DNA of 64,000 nt from the human T2T-CHM13v2.0 reference genome, Homo sapiens. Below the pieces are notes generated by a model. It saw only the letters and a program-made list of their open reading frames with translations, searched no databases and was not told the origin of the DNA. Positions 26,901-40,672 of this stretch are shown here, piece by piece. The stretch lies in the NCBI RefSeq assembly GCF_009914755.1, contig NC_060948.1; one strand, given 5' to 3'. The stretch's first letter is position 1, and each line of letters starts with the position of its first letter. The translations under genes and the position numbers were made by a program.

Positions 26901-28214
26901 TAGTCACCATAGGGGAATGTTTGCATCAGCTATCAGTGAAGTTCCAGCTGTCAAGACTTGTTGCGGATAATGAGTTTCCCTCTCCAGATGTCTCAGATCT
27001 ATAATGGTATAGCTTACTTCTCCCAGCATTTAAAAACTTTTATTCAAAAAACAATAGTTGCTGCAAATGTGGAACCTTTGCACTCTGCCTGATGTCTACA
27101 AATATTTATTATCTTGCACTCAATCTGAATGTTCTATATCAGACCTATTATCTAATTTTCACTACCACTGTCATAGCTTGTGACTGAGGATCAGTGCAGG
27201 GACAAGCAGTGGCCCTCCTCGCACTCCCGGCCCAATGTATTACATATAAAGTAAGTGAAAACAGTGTGCTTACTTTGCAGATACTGCTTTAAGACATATC
27301 TCTAAGCATCTTGTCTATATTCACTTAAGTTTAGCCCTCATGGATATCCCAATGACATTGTGCTGACTTATTCTCTACTTCTGTTTAAAAAAAAAAAGTT
27401 TACTTCATTTTTGTTAGTTTTTATTCTGCCTGTATTTATTCTTCATTTTTAAAGAGAAGAACATGACACAAGACTGAAATATTTTATGCAATCTACATAG
27501 AATTAACCCTGTATGTCACTTAGAAAGCCTGTGTGTGTGTAGAACAATTTGAGTTGTGTGTTCCTTTTAATTATTTTGCCACTGTGTCAATAGGTAGAAC
27601 TTGTGTTCTTCTCCATTAGTTAACAAAAATAATGTGTGGGTATGGTTGTGTGACTTTAAAACTCAAAACAAGTTTATTTGATTATAAAACATTCAATTTT
27701 GTGAAATCAGACATAGATTTAAAAAATATCTTTAAATCAATTTAAAGTCATCTAACTTCTTTTAAATTCAATTAAGTACCTCTTTTTGTTTGTTTTTTGA
27801 TGGTCTCATATCTTGCTCCATGTCATTTTCTCAGAGAAAATTAGTAACACAACATCAGCTTTACCAATTCAAAATTTTCAGTGCCTTACCTCCGCTTGAT
27901 CTTAAAGTCTTAGCTGATTTTATTGGTAGACTACACCATCTTTATTTCAACTAAGTTCTCGAAGATTTCAAAACTGAGGGGTTAAATAAATTACTTATCA
28001 CCTATTTCTGTGAACTACTCCTACTCAGGGTGCTGGAGATGATACCATTTCATGGTCTTAAGTTTCAAATCAAAGACAAACTAAATCAGATTGAATTATT
28101 CACTGCTTTTCCTGGGCCACCTGATATTATGGTCCAATCAGGAACATTTTAAAGCCTGTATGTTAGGTCAAAAAAAGCACAAGGCATGGTTCAATTGGAC
28201 TCCTAATTTAAAAT

Positions 28215-28422
28215 GAGGAAAGGAGAAGGGAAGGAAAGAAGGAAGGAAAGAAAGAAGGAGGGAAGGAAGGAAGGAAGGAAGGAAGGAAGGAAGGAAGGAA
28301 GGAAGGAGGAAGAAGAAAGGAAGGAGGAAGGAAGACAGAAGGAAGGAAGGGAGAGAGGAAGGAAGAAGGAAGAAAGGGAGGGAGGAAGGAAGGAAGAAAG
28401 GAAAAAGGAAGGAAGGAAAGGG
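28215..28422. repeat. (GGAA)n compound microsatellite
   Basis: Directly visible; the purest GGAA run is at ~28261-28305. Confidence 0.97.
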
Positions 28423-29093
28423 GCCAGCAAAAAGCTAAAGATAACTTAGAGCTTGTAATCATCATGAACTCTGTTACTATATTATTTCATTAAATAAGAA
28501 AGCCAAAATTTGTGCTACGCAGGAAGTGTAAATGGAAGTGGATCTCTGTTATCTGTATATTATTTGTAGGTTCTGGCTTCAACTGAACCAGTCAAACCCA
28601 ACTTGCACCGTTTGGCATGACCTGGTCATGCTCCTACAGCTTTTTAAACATGGTTCATTTTTTCTGTTTATGGCTTTATTTCTTCAGTGACTTCCAGATA
28701 GTCTTATTAACTTTCAGTCCCTTATTCACTCTCAGCCTCTCAGTTTATTATTTCTATGTGTTTTTTTTTTTTTTTTTAACTTTGTATTTTAGGAAAGACC
28801 CCAGTGGCACACATCTCCTTTAGTTTTACTCTGGCACTAAAGTTGATGTAGGGCCATCAATCCTCTGTCTTTAGAATTATACATAAACTATGATTTACAC
28901 CCAGTTTGTCATAAAAAATTGTATACATTTTCATTCAACCTCTCTTTCCACTTCGCTAATTCACCTTCTTGTCTTCTGAATGCTTTTCCAATTGGACCTT
29001 GCCAGCCACCTCCCCTTTCTAGGAAGAACTTCCTTTTTTCAACAATGTAAATGAGACTGCTTTTCTAACAGCAGTGATGGCTCTAATTGAACT

Positions 29094-29142
29094 TCATAAA
29101 TCTTTACAAAATTACAACTCATAAATCTTTACAAAATTACAA
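29094..29142. repeat. 25-bp tandem duplication
   Basis: tcataaatctttacaaaattacaa(c) occurs twice in tandem. Confidence 0.95.
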
Positions 29143-31204
29143 TTGCCATCAGTGAGGTACCACTGAAACTATTTTTGTCAAAATAAATCTTGGCATTGGA
29201 TGGGCAGAGATGTGGGGATGGACTTTTCCAAAGGAATACCATCACTTTGTTTCAGTGTTTAGAATACACTTTTTTGGCGGGGGGAGGTGGGTAGAAGGGA
29301 ATAACTGTGCCTTCAATGAGTTGGAATAAAACAAACCATCATCATTTCAATCTATAATTATAAGAACTTCAGAACAACCGGTAACCTGAGTTTAAACTAT
29401 AGTATCAGTTCACAAAATTCCGCCTTTTGATAATATAGCGTATTTCCCAAGAGGAACACTCTTTAGTCAGATGGGTCGTGTATTTACAAGTGGCTTTGGA
29501 GACTTGTGATTTTACACCAGCACCTACTGTAACTAGAGTAGAGTTACTGGTTTCCTAGCTTTGTGTCTCTCTATATGTCAACAGGGGGAAAAAGACTTAA
29601 ATAATCAAAACTGATGACTCTAGAGGGAATCCCTCTAATGCCTCGGCTGTTATTAAGGCACCCTGAGGGGAACACTTTAATGGCTCTTGACCATGGCCCT
29701 TCTTTCCTGGCCAATCTGCCCCCTGGATCTTCTGTAAGACCAGTATAGCCTCTGTTAACTTTAACTCAGCAGCAAGGCACCTTTTTCTGGCTCCATAGTG
29801 CCTACTTAAAACAAAACAAAACAAAACAAAAACAGAAAATGCATATCTTGAATATTGTCAAATAAGGCCTCAGTTAAAACAGAAGACAGAAATTTCAGAC
29901 CAATTGATACATCATGTTTTAATTCAGCAGAACTGTCTTCTATTTCTTTACAAGAAGTGATCACTTGGTAATGAGAAACCTGGAAAAGTTGTGAAAATTA
30001 ATTTGCTTCTCCAAGAACATTCAATAAATCATCCTTTATAATTTTACTGAAAAGGCAGGAGAGTGATGGTCTGCATATCATCCACTATTCTCTTCACTGC
30101 AATGAGGTTAAAAGATAGCATGAACAATGACGGTTAATACTATACTTACATTTTAACGAAAAAGTTAAGGTTTACAATGCATTTTATTTTACCCAGAAGT
30201 GGGTAGCCATTATTCCAACTGTATTCATTTGGGTGAGTTTGAGGATTAAATTCTTAATGTCTGGAACACAGTGTACAGTCGTATCTTATTCTCCCTGTCT
30301 TGTGGGTAGCTGATCCACAACATTTTGAAGAGTTGTGTCACAGATTCATGGGTATAAATGTGAAATAAGTGAAAACTAGTATGTATCTTGAGTATCCCTT
30401 ATTCTTGCTAGACACAATGTCACGGACGCAGTACCTCTCACAAAGTTTTATGGATCACTTCATCACTAATAATCTATGGCAGAGTTTCAAATTACTATAA
30501 CTCCTAGGAGGATTTCTACTTTGGGATTCCTGGAGCCTAGGTTTCCGTTCTTCCTACAAATTACAGGTTTCATTATTTGATGACAAATCAACTATTTAGT
30601 AGCAATATGTGCTGAATGGTTGTGTAAAGTAAAGCTAATAAGCTTTGTAGGATGGAAAGTATTTAAAAATGATTGTCAAAGGAGTCTATTTTTAACAATG
30701 GAAACAGAAACTAGCAAGTGCATATGTTGAAGGCAGTAACATGCAGAACCTCTTTGTGGTTTCAGAGGAAAAGACGGCAACCCAACCTCAGCATGATAGC
30801 ATGTTTAACTTCAGTAGGATACTGTTTGTATTTTTAGGTACAGTGTGATTTTACGTTGCTGAGTTGGTAATTACAGTTAAGGTAGGTGCAAGAATAATTC
30901 CTGATAAATGAAAATAAATATATATACAAATGATACTACTAGTCAGGTATTTAGGAATTACAAAATTTGTTCTCTATTGTCAGATATTCATTTCCTCCAA
31001 TGAAAACTGTAAAAGAGCACGTTTTTCAAAGCAACTGTAAGTCTGTCTCTGGTAATAGTTGTGTGATTGAAACTCAATGATTCCTTCTCTCCTAGAGGCT
31101 TCTAATGGAGAGAGATCATTATTGAAGCACATATTAAAATATACTCCTGATAGAACATTATTTATGTCAACATGAAGAATAATTTTGGGAGGTGTTTGTA
31201 GTTC

Positions 31205-31518
31205 TTTCTTTTTTCTTTCTTTTTCTTTTTTTCTTTTTTTGAGACAGAGTCTCATGCTGTGTGCCCAGGCTACAGTGTAGTGGCATGATCTCAACTCACT
31301 GCAAGCTGCACCTCCCAGGTTCATGCCATTCTCTGCTCCAGCCTCCTCAGTAGCTGGGACTACAGGTGCCTGCCACCATGCCCGGCTAATTTTTTGTATT
31401 TTTAGTCGAGATGGGGTTTCACCATAGCCAAGATGGCCTCGATCTCCTGACCTCATGATCCACCAGCCTCGGTCTCCCAAAGTGTTGAGATTACAGGCGT
31501 CAGCCACTGTTGACAGCC
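31205..31518 (-). mobile_element. AluY-like element with TSD
   Basis: AluY diagnostics 'actgcaagct' and 'ttcatgccattct'; flanks gtagttctttc / gtagttatttc. Confidence 0.92.
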
Positions 31519-32149
31519 GTAGTTATTTCAATGTCCACTGAACAATTTTAACTTAAGGTAACTTCATACTTCTTTGTAACATTAAAGAGTCTTTGGATTC
31601 AACTTTAAATCTTGAAATACAGTGGATTTAACTATTTAGAGTAAGAACAGATATATTTAAGGTAATAATATTGGTTGAAATGTCTAATTTATGACAGAAG
31701 ATATGCTGTCTACACTCATCATTTCGCAGTTACTTTGTGAAAGATCACAAAGCACCACAGGCAAATCCAGCATTCTATCCTTGGGCCCTGATTGTCCTTG
31801 CTGGGCCTTCCTCCAAATCCTGACTGCCTCACTGCCATTCAAGTTTGAGTGGGGCACTGTACGTGGTATAAGCAATGGATGCTGACCTGCAACCGCAAAA
31901 AAAAAATTAATCATATAATTTTATTCACTTTCTTTGTACCACATTATGATACCAACCCCGCTGAGCATAGCTCACTTTCTGCAATCCTCTTGAATGAGGT
32001 CTTTGTTAATAATTTTCCATGGAAACTTACTTGATCTGGGCAATATATTCCTCTCGGAAATTTAGTTGTGTGTATCTATGATGTGTTGATTAATTCTTGG
32101 CTCTTTCACTACAAGCAACTATCCACGAGATCGAAATAAAATTAGCAAA

Positions 32150-32457
32150 ATGTCAGGTGCGATGGCTTCCATCTGTAATCCCAGCACTTTGTGAGGCTAA
32201 GTCGGGTGAATCACTTGAGGTCAGCAGTTCAAGACCAGCCTGGGTTATATGGCAGAACACCCATCTCTACTACAAATAAAAAATTAGCCAGGCATGGTGG
32301 TGAATGCCTTTGGTCCAGCTACTCAGGAGGCTGAGACAGAAGAATCACTTGAACCCAAAGTTGGAGATTGCAGTGAGGCAGGATCACACCACTGCACTCC
32401 TGCCTGGGTGAGGCAGTGAGACTCTGTCTCAAAAATATATATAAAATAAAATATAAA
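32150..32457 (+). mobile_element. Alu (diverged AluS-type)
   Basis: 'tgtaatcccagcactttgtgaggct...gagactctgtctcaaaa'. Confidence 0.94.
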
Positions 32458-32914
32458 AGCTCCAGGATATCCTTTTGCCTATGTATCATACATCATCATT
32501 TAAAGAACAGGACAAATATTTATAAAAATGAGACTATACCAACAATAATATTAAATATAAAAGTTTAATTTTGAAGTTCATTATTAAAGGGAGCCTTAAA
32601 AAGGTGCAGAACGGATAAAATTCAAATGTGTATCTTTATTAAAATAGGAAGAAATTTTTGGATCAAAAGATGAATTAATGTCAAAATGTGTCAGATGGAA
32701 TGTCATACATATGATACTGTGTATTAATACTTTGACACATGTGTTTGGCAATTTTGTGACAAAAAGAAAAAACATATCAACTTACCCTGTATTTAACAAA
32801 AAAATCCCTTCATTATATGATATAAACATATTTATATTATATTAAATTAAATATTTAACATTTAAATATTTAATATTTCATGTTTATTTGAATTATAATA
32901 AATTTGCCATGGAG

Positions 32915-32916
<2 letters not shown>

Positions 32917-32958
<42 letters not shown>
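32917..32958. repeat. (TG)21 microsatellite
   Basis: Uninterrupted TG run. Confidence 0.98.
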
Positions 32959-32962
<4 letters not shown>

Positions 32963-33364
32963 AGAGAGGAGATTTCTTATTGTAAAATGGATTATGTTAC
33001 AAAATTATTTCAAATTAGTTATTTTCAAAAGGGTATACATTTTCCCATAAAAATAATACCGTAAGAATTGGAAAGATACATAACAATCTTTATAATTTCA
33101 GGATCCAACATTAATAAACTCTGACAAGCAAGACATAATTCACGTTGACTTTAAAATGAATAGGAGGATGGTTAGAAGAGTGGAGCAATGCAGCCAGTGG
33201 AAGTGAGAAAAAAATCTGACAACTGAACACCTCTAAAATCAGGAGTGATGGATAAAGCTTTCTGGGTATGGATTTCTAGTAGAAAGGTAACATGTACAAG
33301 TCACTTGCAATCTAATTGTTCATGGAATAAAAACCACCTAACAGCTTATTATTTAAAATTAATA

Positions 33365-33730
33365 GTCCTGTTGCTTAGCACATATTCATAATTTCCATGG
33401 CAGAACTGTGTTTCCCGTTCCTTTGCTTCCTGTTAGGGGTTAATGGGATGCCCAGACATGAAAAACAGGGAAGGTCTTGAAATGTGTTTGGCAATTGAAC
33501 TTACCGTCTTGCTTTCCTGCTTTTCTTTACAAGAAGAAAATAACTTAGCTGTAGGTTTAAAGAGAACACATTAGAATCGACTGAGACAAAACCAATTCCA
33601 ACTAAGCTTAGAAGAGTAAAAAATCCCTCTTTTTCTGCAGTTACAAAGGCAAAAATACATGCTTACTATAAAATACCACCAAGTTTTGGTATGGGTAATT
33701 ATGCAACATTATTGAGACACTAAATTGTAT
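33365..33730 (+). mobile_element. Old MaLR LTR (MLT1I/J-like)
   Basis: The 3' end 'aaatacatgcttactataaaataccaccaagttttgg...ttatgcaacattatt' resembles MLT1 termini. Confidence 0.5.
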
Positions 33731-33802
33731 ACTCTTTACCTAAAAAAATAGTTTTGCCAAACAAGCATTGGTACAGAAAGTGTTAGATTAAGGCCTATAC
33801 AG

Positions 33803-33942
33803 GAAAATTCAAAGTAAGTAATATTAACAAGAACAGTGATGATAACCTCAGTAGCAATAACAATTAAAACAGAAAATTAAAAGTAAGTAATATTAACAAG
33901 AACAGGGATGATAACCTCAATAGCAATAACAATTACAACAGA
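33803..33942. repeat. 69-bp tandem duplication
   Basis: gaaaatt(c/a)aaagtaagtaatattaacaagaacag(t/g)gatgataacctca(g/a)tagcaataacaatta(a/c)aaca occurs twice, with about 4 mismatches. Confidence 0.95.
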
Positions 33943-34352
33943 AGTGTCTTACTTACATTATCTCATTTTACATAAAAAAGACAAAATTTACATTGTGAAT
34001 TGGAATGCTTAAAACTTCAGCTTTTTTTATTTTAAAATACTATATTTCCATGTAAATGGGGTCCTGCATTTTTCACTCAAATCAGTGAGACATCTCTTTA
34101 TTGTGGCTGAGCTGCTCTTACCTGTGTATGTGGGAACAAATCTTGTCCTAGTTTTCAGTTTCTTGAATGAAACAGCAGTAATAACAAAAATGAGAGGTCC
34201 TCATCACTGACGCTACGTATGGCTTTTTAAAAAAATCAGTGTTAGTTTCTTTATTTTTTGGTTGGCCTGTCCTTAGCTTTTCAAACAGGCAATATCTGTC
34301 TTTAGAGAACATCTATCCTTGCCTAATCCTTTGCTAGCATATAATATAAAGC

Positions 34353-34478
34353 AGGAGAGAGAGAGAGAGTGAGAGAGAGAAACATACAGAGAGAAGCAAA
34401 TAGAGAAACAGAGAGAGGGAAACCAAGAAACAGAGGGAAACAGAGAGAGAGAAACAGAGAGAGATAAAGAGATAGAGA
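34353..34478. repeat. GA-rich low-complexity repeat
   Basis: (GA)n and AGAAAC-type runs. Confidence 0.9.
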
Positions 34479-35417
34479 TTCTTCAAAAACAATAAATTAT
34501 GTCTGCATCTGAAAGAAAGTAAAATGTACTGATGAGCTTGAACTAGGGAATGAAAACTTTGGTTCTATATGTTTAATTAGTTTCTAATTTCTCTGTAATC
34601 TCATCATGAGTCTCTAACAGGAAATAATATTGACCATACATTTGGTACAATTAGGTGCTCATATCTTAGATCATTCTCAAGGGGCTCACTAAATTATTTA
34701 CTAAGCCTAATGTATTACCAATGCAGGTTTAACTCCACCTCTAGTGTAACTGTAAAATTCAGTGAGTAAGCAGTGCCCTGTGATCATCATGGGCTTGTTG
34801 TTAGAGATAAGTGAATAGAGTGCCTTGCACAGTGTCTATAAGGAAATACTGTATCACCTTGCCCTGCTCCATTAAAGGAATGAGGGTTTACATCATATTC
34901 CACACAAGGAAAACATTTTTAAATGCTTCATTTTCCCTAAGGTAAACCACAATGACAACAACAACAACAAGAAAAACAGACTCATTCTGTCTGGTTCCAA
35001 AAATTAAATCAAATCTTGAGCTTTTCTGTAAGTTACTGACTCCCTAACAAAAATAATTTTATCTTGGCCTTTGAAATGTTGATATATAAAAATGGGAGAA
35101 TGTCATCTAATTTGACAATAATTCAAAGAAGTTATTAATTGTCCATCATGAACATTACAGCTTTGATAAATTAAATATCTAGTCATTTTTTTTTAATTTT
35201 ACAGCAAGTTCTGTTAAAACCTGTACTCCAATTAATAATTTTCTGCAAATGAATTTATTTTCTTTTCTAAATGACTTAGTCTCTGAGTCTTTGACATTTG
35301 ATTTCCAGTGAGTGCCCATAAACTGTTTTATATTACCGTTGTTATGAACATGGCAGTCATTTTCATAGTTCATAAATATGCATAGATTCAAATATGTACT
35401 ATCTATGATAAACTTTT

Positions 35418-35669
35418 CTTTTTTTATTATACTTTAAGTATTAGGGTACATGTGCACAACGTGCAGGTTAGTTACATATGTATACATGTGCCATGTTGGC
35501 GTGCTGCACCCATTAACTCATCATTTAACATTACGTGTGTCTCCTAATGCTATCCCTCCCCCCTCCCCCCACCCCACAACAGGCCCTGGTGTGTGATGTT
35601 CCGCTTCCTGTTTCCATGTGTTCTCATTGTTCAATTCCCACCTATGAGTGAGAACATGCAGTGTTTGGT
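35418..35669 (-). mobile_element. Young 5'-truncated L1PA (L1PA2/3-like) 3'UTR
   Basis: 'ttattatactttaag...gtgcaggttagttacatatgtatacatgtgcc...aatgctatccctccccc', flanked by direct repeats aactttt (35411-35417 and 35670-35676). Confidence 0.93.
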
Positions 35670-36090
35670 AACTTTTAAGCGGTGATTATTCTGGTGACTT
35701 TAGCAGAGCCAGGAGACTCTAAACAAACAATTTACTTCAGTTATTTTTGCTGTATAAACAGTGATGCATGTTTCCTCCAAGGTTCAACTGAGCATTCAAC
35801 TGAGTATTCTTATGACTAGTCCATGAAGAAACAATATGATCACCTAAAAACAAACCCAGCTGAAACATGCAGGAAACACTAATTTTGAATATATGGTTAT
35901 CATTTATTGCATATTTATTCACCAAGCACTGTCTTGATAAAAACTGTAAGATATGTCAATCAGCCTTAATAGACTGACTCTACAGGAGTGACTAATCACT
36001 CCCCATAGGTAGGCCTTTCTTACCTGGACACACTGTTTGTTCTGGATATGCTAACCACTTTAAAGACGTTGATGATTCTAAACACTCATT

Positions 36091-36567
36091 CAGGTACCAG
36101 TGCATGATCTGTTAGGAACTGGCTGCACAGCAAGAGGTGAGTGGCTGGCAGGCCAGCAAAGCTTCATCCGTATTTACAGCCACTCCTCATTGCTTGCATT
36201 ACTGCCTTAGCCCCACCTCCTGTCAGATCAGAAGTGACATTAGATTATCATACCCCGTGGTGAACTGTCTATGCGAGGGATCTAGATTGTGCACTCTTAT
36301 GATTATCTAATGCCTGATGATCTGTCACTGTCTGCCATCACCCTGGGACAGAAAGCAAGTTCAGGCCTCCCACTGATTCTACATTATGGTGAGTTATATA
36401 ATTATTTAATTATATATTGCAGTGTTGTAATAATAGAAATACCGGTACAGAATAAATGTAATGTTCTTGAATCATCCCAAAACCATCAGCTCCCCACCCA
36501 TGATCTGTGGAAAAATTGTCTTCCATGAAACCAGTCCCTGGTACCAGGAAGTTTGGGAATGTCTGCT
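36091..36567 (+). mobile_element. MER1A (hAT-Charlie) DNA transposon, 5' end missing
   Basis: 'ctgttaggaactggctgcacagca', 'ctaatgcctgatgatctg', 'ccactgattctacattatggtgag', and 'gtggaaaaattgtcttccatgaaaccagtccctggt'. Confidence 0.9.
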
Positions 36568-38500
36568 CCAGACCAACCACTCCAGAGAAACTATAATGAC
36601 TGAGCCATATCAGCGACCTGAGAAACTAAAAATTCTAAAAACACAAAACAATCTGCACAAAAGACTACTACCACAGCCTCCCAGGAGAACTTGACCTGCT
36701 CTACATTCTCACAGAGATGAAAGGGCCCATCCAAGTAGAAATTTCAAGTAATCTCTAAGTAGGTTACCTGCTACCTTTTATGTATATAAAATAAGTACAC
36801 TTTCTTCAGGTTTATGTGAGTATTGTTTCACATAATAAATCCCACTGAGTACTCAGACACCCTCTGAACTTGTAAAAATGCTGCCTGTTAACTTATCAAT
36901 GTTGTTGCTGTCTAATGAAGGATAAGCAATAATTGTTTATAAAATTTTAATGCTTGTCTTAGTGCTTCTTTATTTAATCTTTTAAAAATTCAGTCAGCTA
37001 CTGTTTACGTGTGTACTATTAATATGTCCTCTCTTTAGAACCTGATAAAAAGAAAGCTGGACATAAGAATGCTTTTACTACTATGGTTTCCATAAGGATA
37101 AACTTGGACAGAAACTGTTAGTACATTCTAAAGCATATATTTAGTAAAATAATATGCTATCACCAGTAATTTTATTACTAAGCTAATTAAGTTTTGTATC
37201 TAAGATGAATGGGATTATTAGAAATTAATTACTTGAATAAAGAGAATGCATTCATGTTTTAGTATGAACTTTAGTATGCCAATTTTCTAAAGAGTTCGGT
37301 TAATGTTACTCATTCATCATTCTGTTCCACAGTTTGTTGAGCATGTACTGCACATTTGGAAATTGGAGATCCATAGGTTGATGCACAATATATGAAAACT
37401 ACCTTCTCTGACATAAAAAATATTACACATTTTTATGTCAAACACAAGCATGATATGAAAACATACTTTTAACGACACTTTCAAGTCTAAACTCTCCTGA
37501 AACTGACATTCATTCAAATTTCTCAATAAGCTTACACACACAATTTTTATCCTAGCATCCATTGTTTTCCATACCATTCTGCAATTAAAATATTTCACTG
37601 CAAAATCTACTCAATATTGTATTTTCCTCTGCACCGTTTCTTCATGCCAGAGAAAATGAAGTAATGTAAGGAAAAGCTACAAGAGATTGGAGAGAAAGTG
37701 TAACACGAGCTGAGCCCTGAAAGGAGAATGGAACTCCAACCAATTGTAGAAAGGATTCGACTCTCAGGCAAAGGAACTTAGAATCAATTTCATGGTAACC
37801 TCAGAACCTTCATATTTTCTCTTTCTGTCTTACTTTCTTTTGTGCAAGTCCTTTCTTAGTTTCCAGGTGTGGGAGCTTTGCCTGCATTGTTACTTTGATT
37901 CAGAAGTCATCAAAAAATTTTTAAAAAGAGTTTCAATCCAGCAGTTAATAGATGGAATATGAATAAGAAACCAGCAAGGATTGTTTTTATTTTGTTTTAT
38001 TTTATTTTTTCCTACTTTCATAAAGCTAAGTGAAACACTTCAGATTTAAGAAATTCTCCTCTTTCCTGGAGCAAAATTAAGCTCTAAAGTTCAGAGGCAA
38101 GTAGAAAATCAAGCATCACTTCCCCTCTGACTACAAGCAAAAGAAAACAAACCTTGCAGCCAGGATAGCAGGAATCTGGCTGGGTAAAACCGCATCAAAG
38201 CTGCTCTGTAGATCAACCAGCGATGCATCTCAAGTGGTAATCTGGGAGCATGCCACCACCATAACGCTTTCAACCCTAGTAAGCAAATACCCACTTCTAA
38301 GATGAAATCTGTCTTCTTTGAGTAACCCTCAGAGCCCATAATGTTGTCAAACCAAAAAGAAAGCATCTTTTCTCATCCTATTCCCATTATAAATTAGACA
38401 TGTTTTGTAAATAAATACTGCTTAACATTGCCTAGTTTCTAACCCATGCAAAAGTTTTATAGGTTCTAAAGTTATGTGCATTCTGAGATAGGTATACTAA

Positions 38501-39139
38501 TGCAATACCTAAACTTGTTTTTACTAACCTTGCTTTTACTAACCTTGTTTTTAGACTCTCCCTTTCTCCCTTAATCACCTAGCCTTGTTTCCATGTGAAT
38601 ATGCTCTCCCTTAGCTATGAAAGCCAGACGAACTCCATTTGGCTCCTTCATTTACAAGATATCAAGGACTCCTTACCCACCCCCTTTCCTCAAGGAGTTA
38701 ACTTGTGTAAGCTGATTGTCTACGCATCAAAGAGTCCAATTAACTGAAGCAAGCAATGCACAAAGCAAGGTACTGAAGCAAGCAATGTACAAAGTTCCCA
38801 GGATTTCACTCAAGAGATAACACCATAAAGCCTTGAGTTTGTGTTCAGCAGAGCCACCATACCTGACATCTTATAATATATTTAGAGCCCCTGCACCTGG
38901 AACTGTTTATTTCTCTGTAACCATTTGTCTTTTTAATTTTTTGCATGTTTTTACTTCTGTAGAATTGTTGCAACTGAGCCCCCTTCCCCTTCCTAAACCA
39001 AGGTATAAAGGAAAATCAAGCCCCTTCCTCGGGGCCGAGAGAATTCTGAGCGTTATCCGCCTCTCGGCTGCCGGCTAAATAAAGGACCCTTAAATTCATT
39101 TCAAAGTGTGACATTCCTCTAACTCGCTTGGGTACAACA
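38501..39139 (+). mobile_element. ERV1 solo LTR, LTR6-type (HERV-S71/HERV-T-like)
   Basis: TG...CA termini, a perfect 4-bp TSD ctaa/ctaa, TATA 'gtataaagg' at ~39003 and AATAAA at ~39078. The family name is from recall. Confidence 0.78.
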
Positions 39140-39739
39140 CTAATGGAAAATGTATCATGATATGCTGTATACCTTTTCAAAGGTAAAATAAATATATAAT
39201 TGCAGAACCATATATTAATCTTTCAGAGGTATACAGAGAAATGCAGAGGCATGCAATTAAACCTATGATGAATATAAATAAATGAGAAAAAGGAAGAAAA
39301 ATCACAGACTGTAGTGATATAATAAGAGTCATAGTTGTTTTCTTTTACTTTCATGTTTGTAAAAACGTAGTAATTGTTGGGTACCTGAAAATGTGATACT
39401 AATTCCCTTAATTACATGGTACTAAATATTTTCTTCCAAGGTTTTTATAGCCTTTAGTTTAGACAAAATTAAGTTTACCTGATGCAAATCATTTTAAAGG
39501 AGAATTTGTTTAGCAAATACTACTTTGTAATTGTAGGAAAAGTTTTTTTAATTATAATTTGTTTACATTGATCAATTTTAAAACTAGTGGAAATTTTGAA
39601 TAAAGACACTTCCTGTGAAAAAAGAAAACAGCTCAGTGTATATTATATCTAAAATGCTACTAGCTTGCTTCTCCTTCTAAAAGACATAAATCTTAATCAT
39701 GAGGAATAATTTTCAAATATACTCTTAAGAAGTACAAAA

Positions 39740-40550
39740 ATGGTTTGGGAAAACTGGCTAGCCATATGCAGAAAACTGAAACTGGACTTCTTCCTTGCAC
39801 CACTTACAAAAGTCCACTCAAGATAGATCAAAGACTTAAATGTTACAACTAGGACCTTTAAAATCCTAGAAGAAAACCTGGTCAATGCTATTCAGGACAA
39901 AGGCATGGGCAAAGAATTCATGTCCAAAACACTGAAAGCAACAGCAACAAAAGACAGAATTGACAAACGGGATCTAATTAAACTAAAGAGCTACTGCACA
40001 GCCAAAGAAACTGTCATCGGAGTGAACAGCCAACCTACGAAATGGGAGAAAATTTTGCAATCTATTCATCTGACAAAGGGCCGATATCCAGAATCTACAA
40101 AGAACTTACACCAATGTACAAGAATAAAACAAATAACCCCATCAAAAAGTGGGCAAAGGATATGAACAGACACTACTCAAAAGAAGACATTTATGCAGCC
40201 AGCAGATACATGAAAAAATGCTCATTATCACTGGTCACTAGAAAAATGCAAATCAATCCACAATGAGATATCATCTCTCTCCAGTTAGAATGGCAATCAT
40301 TAAAATGTCAGGAAACAACAGATCCTGGAGAGCTTGTGGAAAAATAGGAATGCTTTTACGCCGTCAGTGGAAGCGTAAATTAGTCCAACCATTGTCGAAG
40401 ACAGTGTGGCAATTCCTCAAAGATCTAGAACTGGAAATATCATTTGACCCAGCAACCCCATTACTGGGCATATACCAAAGGATTATAAATCATTCTATGA
40501 TAAAGACATGTATGTTTATTGTGGCACTATTCACAATAGAAAGACTTGGA
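39740..40550 (+). mobile_element. L1PA ORF2 3' fragment lacking 3'UTR and tail
   Basis: ORFs [22 protein letters not shown] and [25 protein letters not shown]. Ends abruptly at 'aaagacttgga'. Confidence 0.95.
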
Positions 40551-40672
40551 CTCCCAAAAAAAAGGTGAAGAAAGGAACCGCATGGTTAACTCACTGAGTA
40601 ATCAGTAAGTCATTGGTCCGCACTTGAGGTCACAAAGCTCTGGGGGAAGTTGGTTCAAGCTGAGTTTTCATT

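Noticed and set aside
28203-28465. Charged or hydrophobic low-complexity ORFs (also 3819-4105 and 62256-62610)
   Set aside because: They are translations of GGAA, TTCC and TC microsatellites.
31820-31860. SNLNGSE peptide resembling the recalled PRY segment DNLNGTD
   Set aside because: The match is too short and does not extend on either side.
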